Source: Patescibacteria group bacterium
GTDB lineage: Bacteria > Patescibacteriota > Minisyncoccia > Phycocordibacterales > SBAW01
Length of the DNA stretch: 56,024 nucleotides
Direction of reading: 5' to 3'
Assembly: GCA_028864875.1 (NCBI GenBank)
Contig: JAGWLV010000002.1
Coordinates: 1-56,024, forward strand
The position numbers and the translations under genes were made by a program. The notes under the pieces are model-generated. The model was not told the origin of the DNA, did no database searches, and saw nothing but the letters and a program-made list of their open reading frames with translations. Positions 1 through 7,428 of this stretch are shown here, in pieces. Position 1 is the first letter of the stretch, and the number at the start of each line of letters is the position of its first letter.

Positions 1-273
1 AAACTGGATACTGAAGGTGGCCAAGTCCGATTCAATAGTAGGGTCATCATACGCGCCCACGATAACGATAGTGCCACTGCCTCCAATCAGTGGCAGGTGG
101 TAGATATTTTTTATCTGGTCGGGTGTCACGCCGCTAGGCGTTTTGCTTGCTCCTCCATACACATGGATAGGTGGGCGACCTTTGTAGTTCGAAAAATGAT
201 AGGAAGCCTCGGCAGGCACGCCGACAGACACAGCCAAAGCCACGATGCTGAAAATAAAAAGCACACACCTCAT
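1..273 (-). CDS. Secreted S8/S53-type serine peptidase, N-terminal fragment (gene continues beyond window start)
   Basis: ATG at 273 opens a frame with no stop down to base 1. It reads MRCVLFIFSIVALAVSVGVPAEA (signal-like), then TPDQIKNIYHLPLIGGSGTIVIVGAYDDPTIESDLATFSIQF, typical of sedolisin/subtilase N-termini. Absent from the ORF track because it is open-ended. Confidence 0.5.
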   Translation of the reverse strand, partial: MRCVLFIFSIVALAVSVGVPAEASYHFSNYKGRPPIHVYGGASKTPSGVTPDQIKNIYHLPLIGGSGTIVIVGAYDDPTIESDLATFSIQF

Positions 274-306
274 CAAAAATATTGTAGCGTTTATTTTTGA
301 AAAAAC

Positions 307-462
307 TTAGGCGCTGCCGACCTGGTCAGGATTATTGAACTTCGCGCTCTCTTGGGCAAAAAAGTATATCGCGCCGACCGCAAGGAGGATAACGACGACC
401 GCGATGCCCACCATAGGGCCTATGCCCGCCTCGCCTTTTTTGAGTTCGTGAGTGGGCTCCAT
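307..462 (-). CDS. Small single-pass membrane protein
   Basis: Internal Met of the 307..558 ORF, chosen to avoid overlap with ppa: MEPTHELKKGEAGIGPMVGIAVVVILLAVGAIYFFAQ. One clear TM helix; no obvious SD. Confidence 0.4.
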   Translation of the reverse strand: MEPTHELKKGEAGIGPMVGIAVVVILLAVGAIYFFAQESAKFNNPDQVGSA

Positions 463-505
463 GCCGTCAGTGTACGGCCAGCCGCGCGTTTGTGTGTGTG
501 GATTG

Positions 506-1048
506 CTATTTCCCAAACTTCTTTTGGTAGAGGTCAATGCCTTTCTTGAGTTCAGCAACTGCAGCGGCTTTGTCTTTGAAGCCGTGGATCGTTACGACGG
601 CGGGCTTTTTCTTGAGCTGTTTGATGGTCTCGAAGAAATGCTGGAACTCCCGCAGTGTGTGTTGATTGAGATCCTTGAGGTCTTGAATATCCTCCCAGCG
701 GCGGTCGTCCACGGGCACCCCGATTATTTTGCTGTCCGGTTCGTCATCATCGGTCATTTCCATGAGGGCAACCGGGCGCATGGTGACAAGCACACCCGGG
801 TTGAGCGGATAGGTCGCAAGCAAGAGGATGTCCAGAGCATCTCCGTCTTCGCCAAGTGTGCGCGGCACAAAACCGTACTCAGCAGGGTAGGGTGTGGCGT
901 TGTAGTTAGCCCGGTCGAGCCTAATAAGGTTGAAATCCTTGTCGTATTCGTACTTATTGTGTGAGCCGCGTGGTATTTCAATAATAACGTTTATTTCCTC
1001 CGGTGCGGACTCTCCGACCGGGATGTCGTGCCACAAATTCATACGCAT
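506..1048 (-). CDS. ppa: Inorganic pyrophosphatase (family I)
   Basis: 180 aa. The segments NVIIEIPRGSHNKYEYD, PAEYGFVPRTLGEDGDALDILLL and DDEPDSKIIGVP match soluble PPase signatures. Confidence 0.93.
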   Translation of the reverse strand: MRMNLWHDIPVGESAPEEINVIIEIPRGSHNKYEYDKDFNLIRLDRANYNATPYPAEYGFVPRTLGEDGDALDILLLATYPLNPGVLVTMRPVALMEMTDDDEPDSKIIGVPVDDRRWEDIQDLKDLNQHTLREFQHFFETIKQLKKKPAVVTIHGFKDKAAAVAELKKGIDLYQKKFGK

Positions 1049-1055
1049 GAGCGTA

Positions 1056-1349
1056 TCACACTCTATAAAAAAGAAAATGCCCGCCCCGTGTAACAGGGGC
1101 GGGCGGGAATGCGGCGAGTGCCGGTGAGCTCTGTTCCTCGTCTTCGACGGGTGAGTGGCCGCACCAACTGCACTTCAGAAACTCGTGCGTGTTGTTGCGG
1201 ATGAGCTTAAGCGCATGCTGGCCGCACCCCGGACAGGCGTGCGGTTCGAAGCCGGAGGCTTCGGGGTTGTTTTTGATGCGCTCAAGAATAGCCGGGTCTT
1301 CCTCGCGAAAGATGCGTTGAAGCTCCCCGTAATCAGGTGCGATGGGCAT
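1056..1349 (-). CDS. Zinc-ribbon protein, function unknown
   Basis: 97 aa with CPGC...CSWC (two CxxC pairs). Preceded by a GGCTGAA leader module and a GGGAG SD. Confidence 0.55.
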   Translation of the reverse strand: MPIAPDYGELQRIFREEDPAILERIKNNPEASGFEPHACPGCGQHALKLIRNNTHEFLKCSWCGHSPVEDEEQSSPALAAFPPAPVTRGGHFLFYRV

Positions 1350-1365
1350 GCCGTTGCTCCCAATT

Positions 1366-1384
1366 TTCAGCCGATAGAACTCTA
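1366..1384 (-). promoter_or_regulatory. Promoter/5'-leader module: TAGAGT-6nt-GGCTGAA
   Basis: Minus-strand reading is TAGAGTtctatcGGCTGAAaattgggagcaacggcATG. It overlaps the nusA stop codon. Confidence 0.5.
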
Positions 1385-2608
1385 CGCTTCTTTTTGCTCT
1401 TCGGCAACAGGTGCGTCAGGATTCCCGGAGGGTGCCGCCGCGCTTGCTTCAGCGGGAGCGGCACCCTCTCCGGCGGGGGCGCCGAGGGATTGGATGTCGA
1501 TGCGCCAGCCGGTCAACTTGGCTGCCAAACGGACGTTTTGTCCGCCGCGGCCGATGGCGAGCGACTGTTGGTCGGGGGCGACTTTTACCGTGGCGGCGTG
1601 CTCGTCGTCGTTTAATTCAACCGACAACACGCGCGCGGGGGAGAGTGCCTCTTCTATAAATGCTTTGGGGTCCTCGCTCCACTCGACGATGTCTATCTTT
1701 TCGCCGCCAAGCTCGCTTGTGACGGTCGAGACGCGCACGCCGCGCTGGCCGACGAGTGAGCCGACCGGGTCGACGTGGGAGTCGGCGCTTGCAACCGCGA
1801 CTTTGGAGCGGCTCCCGGCCTCGCGCGCGATTGCTTTAAAGAGTACGGTACCGCTTTGTGCCTCGGGTGCCTCCATTTCAAACAACTTCTTCAAAAAGTC
1901 CGGGTGCGCGCGCGAGAGGCGCAGGTACACGCCGCGCGGAGACTCCTCTACTTGATAGAGCAGTGCGCGGATGCGCTCGCCCTGGCGGTAGCGCTCGCCG
2001 GGGATTTGCTCTTCGTAGGGCAAGATGCCGGTCGCGCGGCCCAAGTCGACGTACAAGTTGCCGCGCTCCATGCGCTGCACGGTGCCGCCGACGATTTCGC
2101 CGGCGCGCGCGCCGAACTCGGCCACGACGGAGACCTTTTCGGCCTCGCGGATTTTTTGGATGATGACCTGCTTGGCGGTTTGGGCGGCGATGCGTCCGTA
2201 GTCATCTTTTCTTTCGAGCGGGAAGACGAGCTCGTCGCCCACTTTTGCGTCGCGTTTGATGAGCCGCGCATCGGCGAGTGTCATGTGTTGCTCGGGATTG
2301 TAGCGGGGGAGCACCTCAACCGGGTTGCCCTCTGCGTCAAACTGGGGCTCCGCCGGAGCTTCGTCCTCCTCGTCTTCCGGAACAAAGCGCACCGTCGACT
2401 CGTCGACGACGGTTTTGACCTGGGAAAATTCGGTCGAGCCTGAGTTGAGGTCGATATGGGCTTTGATGACCTGGCCCTTTTTTGCGTACTCCTTTTTGTA
2501 CGCGGTCGCGAGCGCCATCTCGATTGCCTCGATGACCTTTTCGCGCGGGATGCCGCGCTCTTCTTGGAGCTCGCCGAGCACTGAGTTGATTACTTTTAGA
2601 TCAAACAT
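1382..2608 (-). CDS. nusA: Transcription termination/antitermination factor NusA
   Basis: 408 aa. N-terminal MFDLKVINSVLGELQEERGIPREKVIEAIEMAL, then S1 and KH regions (GxxG: AIGRGGQNVRLA). Confidence 0.95.
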   Translation of the reverse strand: MFDLKVINSVLGELQEERGIPREKVIEAIEMALATAYKKEYAKKGQVIKAHIDLNSGSTEFSQVKTVVDESTVRFVPEDEEDEAPAEPQFDAEGNPVEVLPRYNPEQHMTLADARLIKRDAKVGDELVFPLERKDDYGRIAAQTAKQVIIQKIREAEKVSVVAEFGARAGEIVGGTVQRMERGNLYVDLGRATGILPYEEQIPGERYRQGERIRALLYQVEESPRGVYLRLSRAHPDFLKKLFEMEAPEAQSGTVLFKAIAREAGSRSKVAVASADSHVDPVGSLVGQRGVRVSTVTSELGGEKIDIVEWSEDPKAFIEEALSPARVLSVELNDDEHAATVKVAPDQQSLAIGRGGQNVRLAAKLTGWRIDIQSLGAPAGEGAAPAEASAAAPSGNPDAPVAEEQKEA

Positions 2609-2684
2609 ATCTTTTCTTTAATTTCTTAAAAGGAGAACCGCCCTCTCGGGGCGGTTTCCAGATAGTGCGAGTATATTCCTCTTA

Positions 2685-2690
2685 TATACT
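2685..2690 (+). promoter_or_regulatory. -10 box TATACT, 8 nt before ATG 2699 (leaderless start)
   Basis: Sequence is cttaTATACTtaagtcaaATG. Confidence 0.5.
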
Positions 2691-2698
2691 TAAGTCAA

Positions 2699-4357
2699 AT
2701 GCAAGAGAAGTCATCGGTGCAAGACGAACTGTTGGCGGGGATGCTCATCGCAAGCGGCGCACTCTCCCGCCGCGCGCTACAAGAAGCGCTCGAAGAGCGC
2801 TCGGACACACCGCTTTCAACACTATTGGTAGAGCGCGGCTTGCTGTCGGAGGACGAAGTGCGCCGCGCACAGGCGCAGGCACTCGGTGTGCCGTTTGTGA
2901 CGCTCGAGAGCATTGACCCCGAAGCGCTCTCTCTCGTCCCCGAGCCGCTGTGCCGTTCGCTCAATTGTCTTGCATATGCGGCGGGGGATGTCGTCGAGGT
3001 CGCGGTCCTGTCGCTCGGCGTCCTCCCGGAGCTCGAGCCGCTGCGCGGGCAGGCGTCCTTCGGCGGCAGGCGCATTGCGGCGCGACTCACCACCAAAGAG
3101 GCGCTGCGCCGCGGACTCCTGCAGTATCAGCGTCAGCTGCGCGAGCGCTTTGGCGCGGCGATGGGGAGCGGGGACGGCGAAGTGTTGCTGCGCAACCTCG
3201 TCGAGCACGCGCGCCTCAGCGCTGCGAGCGCGATAGAACTCACGCTCGGAGCACGCGCGCAGGTGCGCTACCGCACGCATGGAAGTCTCCACGACGCGCT
3301 CGAACTCTCCGAGCGCGCCGGGCGCGCGCTTGGTGCCGTGCTGCGTGTGGGCACTGTGACTGTGGAGCTTGGCCACGGCGAGTCGGCGACACTGCGGTGT
3401 GTGCGCGCGCCCGGCGCCAACCGCTGGACGCTCACGATACTGCCCCGCGGGCGCGGCTATGCTCTTGAGGACATCGGGTTCCATGGTACCTCTCTCGAGC
3501 GCGTGCACGCGATACTCGCCGCGCGCACAGGGCTCGTGCTCATCGCTGGGGAAGAGGGCGGCGGCCGCTCCACCCTCCTCTATACGCTGCTCCACGCGCT
3601 CAATGCCCAAGGTGCATCCATCATCACCGTAGAATCGCCGGTCGGCTCGCCACTCCAGTTTGCAACACAGATTGCCGCGGGCGAAGGCAACCCGCTTTCG
3701 GTCGCCGCGGCGGTGCGCGCCGCGGCGCGCATGGAGAGCGATGTGCTCGCCGTCGACGCGATTGAGGACCGCGACACGCTCGCGGTGGCGCTCGGCGCCG
3801 CGGCGCGCGGCACGTTTGTCCTTGCAACCGTCGCCGCGCGCGGAAGTGCCAACGCCATAGACCTTGTGCGCCGCCTCGGCGCCTCGGACAAAGAGCTCGC
3901 CGCCCTTGTGAAAGGAGTCATTGCAACGGCGGTGCTCCCCAAGCTGTGCACAAAAAAATTTATGGACATGCGCCGCGGAGCGCGCGGCGAACTCAATGTA
4001 TTTGAAGCGGCGGGAGCAAACTTTGGGCGCGTGCTGAGCGCCTTAAAAGAAGAAGAGGTCGCCGCGCAACAGCTCCAGTGGAAGGACGTAACCTTCGGCA
4101 CCCCGGCGGGGTGCAGCGAGTGTAGCCACGGCTACAAGGGCACGCTCGGCGTACACGAGGTGCTCGCCCCCTCGCTCATCGGCGCGGATTTGTTGCGCCG
4201 CGGCGCGGGCGGGGCGGAGGTTGTCGAGCAATCACGCACCGAAGGCATGCTCACGCTTGTAGAAGACGGGCTCTTTAAAGCCGCCGCGGGGCAAACAAGC
4301 CTCGAAGCTCTCAAATTTGTCAGAAATGATATTTCTGACGCCTCATTGACACAGTAG
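2699..4357 (+). CDS. PilB/GspE-family paralogue with degenerate ATPase motifs (probable pseudo-ATPase) and MshEN-like N-terminus
   Basis: 552 aa. N-terminal T2SSE_N-like repeats (ELLAGMLIASGALSRRALQEALEE; LSTLLVERGLLSEDEVRRAQAQ). Walker A is GEEGGGRST versus GPTGSGKST in the pilB at 52485. Asp box is ESPVG versus EDPVE. Walker B is VLAVDAIED versus IIMVGEIRD. His box is GTFVLATVAAR versus GHLVLSTIHTN. A C-terminal CSECSHGYKG is retained. Confidence 0.8.
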   Translation: MQEKSSVQDELLAGMLIASGALSRRALQEALEERSDTPLSTLLVERGLLSEDEVRRAQAQALGVPFVTLESIDPEALSLVPEPLCRSLNCLAYAAGDVVEVAVLSLGVLPELEPLRGQASFGGRRIAARLTTKEALRRGLLQYQRQLRERFGAAMGSGDGEVLLRNLVEHARLSAASAIELTLGARAQVRYRTHGSLHDALELSERAGRALGAVLRVGTVTVELGHGESATLRCVRAPGANRWTLTILPRGRGYALEDIGFHGTSLERVHAILAARTGLVLIAGEEGGGRSTLLYTLLHALNAQGASIITVESPVGSPLQFATQIAAGEGNPLSVAAAVRAAARMESDVLAVDAIEDRDTLAVALGAAARGTFVLATVAARGSANAIDLVRRLGASDKELAALVKGVIATAVLPKLCTKKFMDMRRGARGELNVFEAAGANFGRVLSALKEEEVAAQQLQWKDVTFGTPAGCSECSHGYKGTLGVHEVLAPSLIGADLLRRGAGGAEVVEQSRTEGMLTLVEDGLFKAAAGQTSLEALKFVRNDISDASLTQ

Positions 4358-4365
4358 ATTTTTCG

Positions 4366-4388
4366 TGATAGGGTGTTGGACGGCTGAA
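4366..4388 (+). promoter_or_regulatory. Promoter/5'-leader module: TGaTAGGGT-7nt-GGCTGAA
   Basis: Sequence is gTGaTAGGGTgttggacGGCTGAAagcaTCAGCtttt. The leader hairpin is GCTGA/TCAGC, followed by a GGAGGG SD and ATG 4422. Confidence 0.5.
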
Positions 4389-4421
4389 AGCATCAGCTTT
4401 TCTATTTTTGGAGGGCTTCCG

Positions 4422-4673
4422 ATGTTCAAAAATTGGTGGGTACGCTTTGGCCTAATTGTGGCTGCGGCGTTCATCTTCTTGCAACCGATCGTGGCAAGCT
4501 TCACGAATCGGCCTTGCAATCCGCACTACGACTGCGGGGTATTCGGTGCCATCAACAGCACGATGTTCTACCCCAATCATCAGGCAACACCGATCGGCGA
4601 GCTCATACTGCTCCCGCTAGTTCTGTGGGGGCTGTATCTCGTCTTCAGAAATGTTGGCAAGAAGAAGAGTTAA
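4422..4673 (+). CDS. Small membrane protein (2 TM)
   Basis: MFKNWWVRFGLIVAAAFIFLQ...ELILLPLVLWGLYLVF. A GGAGGG SD lies about 8 nt upstream. The start was trimmed from the track ORF beginning at 4365. Confidence 0.6.
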   Translation: MFKNWWVRFGLIVAAAFIFLQPIVASFTNRPCNPHYDCGVFGAINSTMFYPNHQATPIGELILLPLVLWGLYLVFRNVGKKKS

Positions 4674-4683
4674 GGAGCACATC

Positions 4684-4917
4684 ATGTGGCGCGTCAGGCT
4701 CATCGTGATGGCGATCCTTATAGTCCTGGCCGTGTGCCTCTTTGTTCCTCCAGTGGTTGGTTTTGTCGGGGGGTTTCAAAGACGCGGGCTCGGGCTTGGG
4801 TTCACTGCCGTCCTCAACTGGGGGTGTGAAGTCGGTTCCTCCGGCTACACCCACTTCACCGAAGCAATCTTGCTTGTCGCGCTAATCATCGTCATCGATA
4901 GAATATGGCCGCGCTGA
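4684..4917 (+). CDS. Small membrane protein
   Basis: MWRVRLIVMAILIVLAVCLFVPPVV...ILLVALIIVIDRIW. An AAGGAG SD sits at 4672..4677. Confidence 0.6.
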   Translation: MWRVRLIVMAILIVLAVCLFVPPVVGFVGGFQRRGLGLGFTAVLNWGCEVGSSGYTHFTEAILLVALIIVIDRIWPR

Positions 4918-4933
4918 TAAGCTGGCTTCAAGA

Positions 4934-4964
4934 CCTCCGGGGTTCGCCCCGGGGGTTTTTGTTT
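4934..4964 (+). terminator. Intrinsic terminator
   Basis: Stem CCTCCGGGG/CCCCGGGGG with a TTCG loop, followed by a T-run. Confidence 0.75.
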
Positions 4965-5002
4965 TACCCCCGTTTAGCCGGAGCAGGTATACTTCTGTAT
5001 GT

Positions 5003-5761
5003 ATGGCCAAAAAGCGCATCGTCATTGCCAACTGGAAGATGTACATCGCTTCGCCGAAGGCGGCGCTCGGGTTCGCCCGCGCGCTGCGCCGCCGCACGCG
5101 GCTCTTCGGCGGCATAGATATTGTGCTCGCGCCCCAGACCCCGCTCATCGGGGCGCTCTCCGGCACGCTCAAGGGCTCGACCATCAAAGTGGCGGCCCAA
5201 CACGTCTCTGAATTTGAAGACGGCGCCCACACCGGCGAGGTTGCCGCCGCCGCTCTGAAGGCCGCGGGCGCGCAGTGGGTTATTGTCGGGCACTCCGAGC
5301 GCCGCGCGCGCGGCGAAAAGGAGGCGTCTATCCACCAGCAGTTGGTAAACGCCGCCCACGCGGGGCTCGTGCCCGTGCTGTGCGTCGGCGAACGCCACCG
5401 CAGCGAGGACGGCTCACACTTCACAGTGATTGAAAAGCAGCTGCTGAGCGCCGTAAAGGGTGCGCAATCGATGCTCGGCAAAATTGTCATCGCATACGAA
5501 CCGGTGTGGGCGATAGGCAAGACTGCGGAGCACGCGATGAAGCCGGATGATCTCGAAGAGATGGTTATTTTTATCCGCAAAACCCTCGCCGAAGCGCTCT
5601 CGCGCAAAGAAGCGCTCACTCTGCCGGTCCTCTACGGCGGCTCGGTCGAGCCCCAGAACGCTGCGGCACTCATACGCACCGGCATTTCGGGCTTTCTTGT
5701 CGGACACGCGAGCGTAGAGCTCAATTCGTTCATCGAAATTCTTACCGCATGCAAAAGATAA
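5003..5761 (+). CDS. tpiA: Triosephosphate isomerase
   Basis: 252 aa with IVIANWKMY, VIVGHSERR, AYEPVWAIGTG-like (AYEPVWAIGK) and YGGSV. A TATACT -10 at 4988..4993 implies a leader of only 2-3 nt. Confidence 0.95.
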   Translation: MAKKRIVIANWKMYIASPKAALGFARALRRRTRLFGGIDIVLAPQTPLIGALSGTLKGSTIKVAAQHVSEFEDGAHTGEVAAAALKAAGAQWVIVGHSERRARGEKEASIHQQLVNAAHAGLVPVLCVGERHRSEDGSHFTVIEKQLLSAVKGAQSMLGKIVIAYEPVWAIGKTAEHAMKPDDLEEMVIFIRKTLAEALSRKEALTLPVLYGGSVEPQNAAALIRTGISGFLVGHASVELNSFIEILTACKR

Positions 5762-6828
5762 GCTCCGTCCAAGATGCTGATGTCGCAGACAAGCGCGTTG
5801 TCGTGCGCGTCGACTACAACGTGCCGCTTAAAGAGGGCCGCGTGCTCGACGACACGCGCATCGCGCTCTCGCTCCCTACGCTCAAACTCCTCAAAGAGAA
5901 GGGCGCCTCAAAACTAATTCTCCTCACTCACGTCGGCCGGCCCACAGGCACCGAAGGCGCGCTGCGTGTCGCCCCCATCGCTGCGCGGCTGCGCGAGATG
6001 CTTGGCGACCCGGGCATCGAGTTGCGCGAGAATCTGCGTTTTGATCCGCGGGAGGAGGAGGGGAGTGAGGACTTCGCCAAAGAACTCGCGCTCCTCGGCG
6101 ACGTGTATGTCAACGAGGCGTTCTCCGTCTCGCACCGCCCGCACACATCGGTTATATTTTTGCCGAAATTGCTGCCGCACTACGCCGGTCTGCGTTTTAT
6201 TGAAGAGATAGAAAAGCTTAGTGCTGCGCTCACACCGCCGCCAAAAAGCCTTGCGCTTGTCGGGGGAGCGAAGTTTGAAACAAAAGAGGCGCTGCTCGAA
6301 AAACTCCTCGGCCTCTACGACAAAGTATTCCTCGGCGGCGCGCTCGCCGACGACATCCTCAAGGCCCGCGGGATGCCTTTTGGTGGCTCGCTTGTCTCTC
6401 AAGTGCCGGTGCCCACGGTACTTGCGGGCAACGAGAAGCTTATTGCGCCCGGCGATGCCGCGGTCGTGGCCGAAGGCGTGACCCGCGGGCGCACCACACC
6501 GGTCAACGATGTCCGCGCGCACGAGCGTATTGTCGACATAGGCCCCACAACCGCCGCGGCGTGGGCCGCGGAGCTCGCTCAGGCGCCGTTTGTAGTGTGG
6601 AACGGGCCGATGGGAATTTACGAGCAGGGCTTTAGGGAGGGGACCGATACGCTCGCCAAAGCGCTCGCAGCATCGAGCGCCCGCGCGCTCATCGGCGGGG
6701 GCGACACAATCGCCGCAATCAAACAATTTTCCTTCGACCCCAAGCGCGTCTACCTTAGCAGCGGCGGCGGCGCGATGCTGCAATTTCTCTCCGATGGCAC
6801 GCTCCCCGGCATCGAGGCGTTGAAATAA
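5749..6828 (+). CDS. pgk: Phosphoglycerate kinase
   Basis: 359 aa with RVDYNVPL, LLTHVGRP, NEAFSVSHR, WNGPMGIYE and GGGDT. Overlaps the tpiA end by 13 nt. Confidence 0.93.
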   Translation: MQKISSVQDADVADKRVVVRVDYNVPLKEGRVLDDTRIALSLPTLKLLKEKGASKLILLTHVGRPTGTEGALRVAPIAARLREMLGDPGIELRENLRFDPREEEGSEDFAKELALLGDVYVNEAFSVSHRPHTSVIFLPKLLPHYAGLRFIEEIEKLSAALTPPPKSLALVGGAKFETKEALLEKLLGLYDKVFLGGALADDILKARGMPFGGSLVSQVPVPTVLAGNEKLIAPGDAAVVAEGVTRGRTTPVNDVRAHERIVDIGPTTAAAWAAELAQAPFVVWNGPMGIYEQGFREGTDTLAKALAASSARALIGGGDTIAAIKQFSFDPKRVYLSSGGGAMLQFLSDGTLPGIEALK

Positions 6829-6839
6829 TATTCAAAAAA

Positions 6840-6862
6840 TGCGATAGTGGCGGCGGCTGCAA
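6840..6862 (+). promoter_or_regulatory. Promoter/5'-leader module (variant): TGcGATAGT-6nt-GGCTGCAA
   Basis: Sequence is aaTGcGATAGTggcggcGGCTGCAAtaatctatagggtgtgcccATG. Confidence 0.4.
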
Positions 6863-6881
6863 TAATCTATAGGGTGTGCCC

Positions 6882-6998
6882 ATGTCGATAGATTCTGACA
6901 GCAAGGCTACAACCGGCACCATCGCCGGCATCGCTTACCTCGTCGTCTATAGTGTAATTGGCGTTTGGGCGCTGGGACGCTTGTTCGGCGCCTGGTAA
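6882..6998 (+). CDS. 38-aa membrane smORF (below ORF-track cutoff)
   Basis: MSIDSDSKATTGTIAGIAYLVVYSVIGVWALGRLFGAW. It has its own leader module upstream and a strong terminator downstream. Confidence 0.45.
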   Translation: MSIDSDSKATTGTIAGIAYLVVYSVIGVWALGRLFGAW

Positions 6999-7011
6999 GG
7001 CACAAAGAATT

Positions 7012-7042
7012 AAAACACCACCCCGCCAGGGGTGGTGTTTTT
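7012..7042. terminator. Bidirectional intrinsic terminator
   Basis: AAA-ACACCACCCC-gcca-GGGGTGGTGT-TTTT, between the smORF (+) and the HIT gene (-). Confidence 0.8.
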
Positions 7043-7044
7043 AA

Positions 7045-7407
7045 TCACTGTAGCGCGGCGCGCAATTTTTCTGCGTTTTTTTCAAATTCCATCAGCTGCG
7101 CGGAGTCTTCGGTCGAAGGGTACACCCAAATGTGTGCGTGGGCGACTTCGTCGCCAATAATGCGTGAGAGTATCCACTCGGTGCCGAACGCTTTTCGCTG
7201 TGCGAGCGCAATTGTGCGCGCAATTTCAAAATACCCGCCCACATCGGGCACGTCCCACACCCAACGCGTGTGGGCTTTTGGTATCACTTGCGTGTGGCCG
7301 GGGGCCTTGGGGTGTATGTCGAGGAAGGCGAGGTACGTGTCGTCCTCATACACCTTATGCGCGGGGATTTCGCCGCGCACTATTTTGCAAAAAATACAGT
7401 TGGGCAT
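7045..7407 (-). CDS. HIT-family (histidine triad) nucleotide hydrolase
   Basis: 120 aa with [13 protein letters not shown] and the HxHxHxx motif (HAHIWVYP). Confidence 0.9.
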   Translation of the reverse strand: MPNCIFCKIVRGEIPAHKVYEDDTYLAFLDIHPKAPGHTQVIPKAHTRWVWDVPDVGGYFEIARTIALAQRKAFGTEWILSRIIGDEVAHAHIWVYPSTEDSAQLMEFEKNAEKLRAALQ

Positions 7408-7415
7408 GTTTCGCT

Positions 7416-7424
7416 TATACTATA
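7416..7424. promoter_or_regulatory. Overlapping divergent -10 boxes (TATACT for recJ, TATAGT for HIT gene)
   Basis: On the + strand, TATACT at 7416..7421 lies 7 nt before ATG 7429. On the - strand, TGtTATAGT (reverse complement of 7419..7424) lies 11 nt before ATG 7407. Confidence 0.5.
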
Positions 7425-7428
7425 ACAA

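Noticed and set aside
1155-1955. Long ORFs antisense to or out of frame with clear genes. Examples are 1155..1955, 7996..9027, 8907..9797, 20350..21330, 22390..23511, 24314..25438, 31114..32052, 41843..42875, 47573..48463, 52125..53267 and 54420..55790.
   Set aside because: These are typical shadow ORFs of high-GC DNA. Their translations are Arg/Ala/Pro/Gly-rich low-complexity strings, and each is fully covered by a confidently identified gene in another frame or on the other strand.
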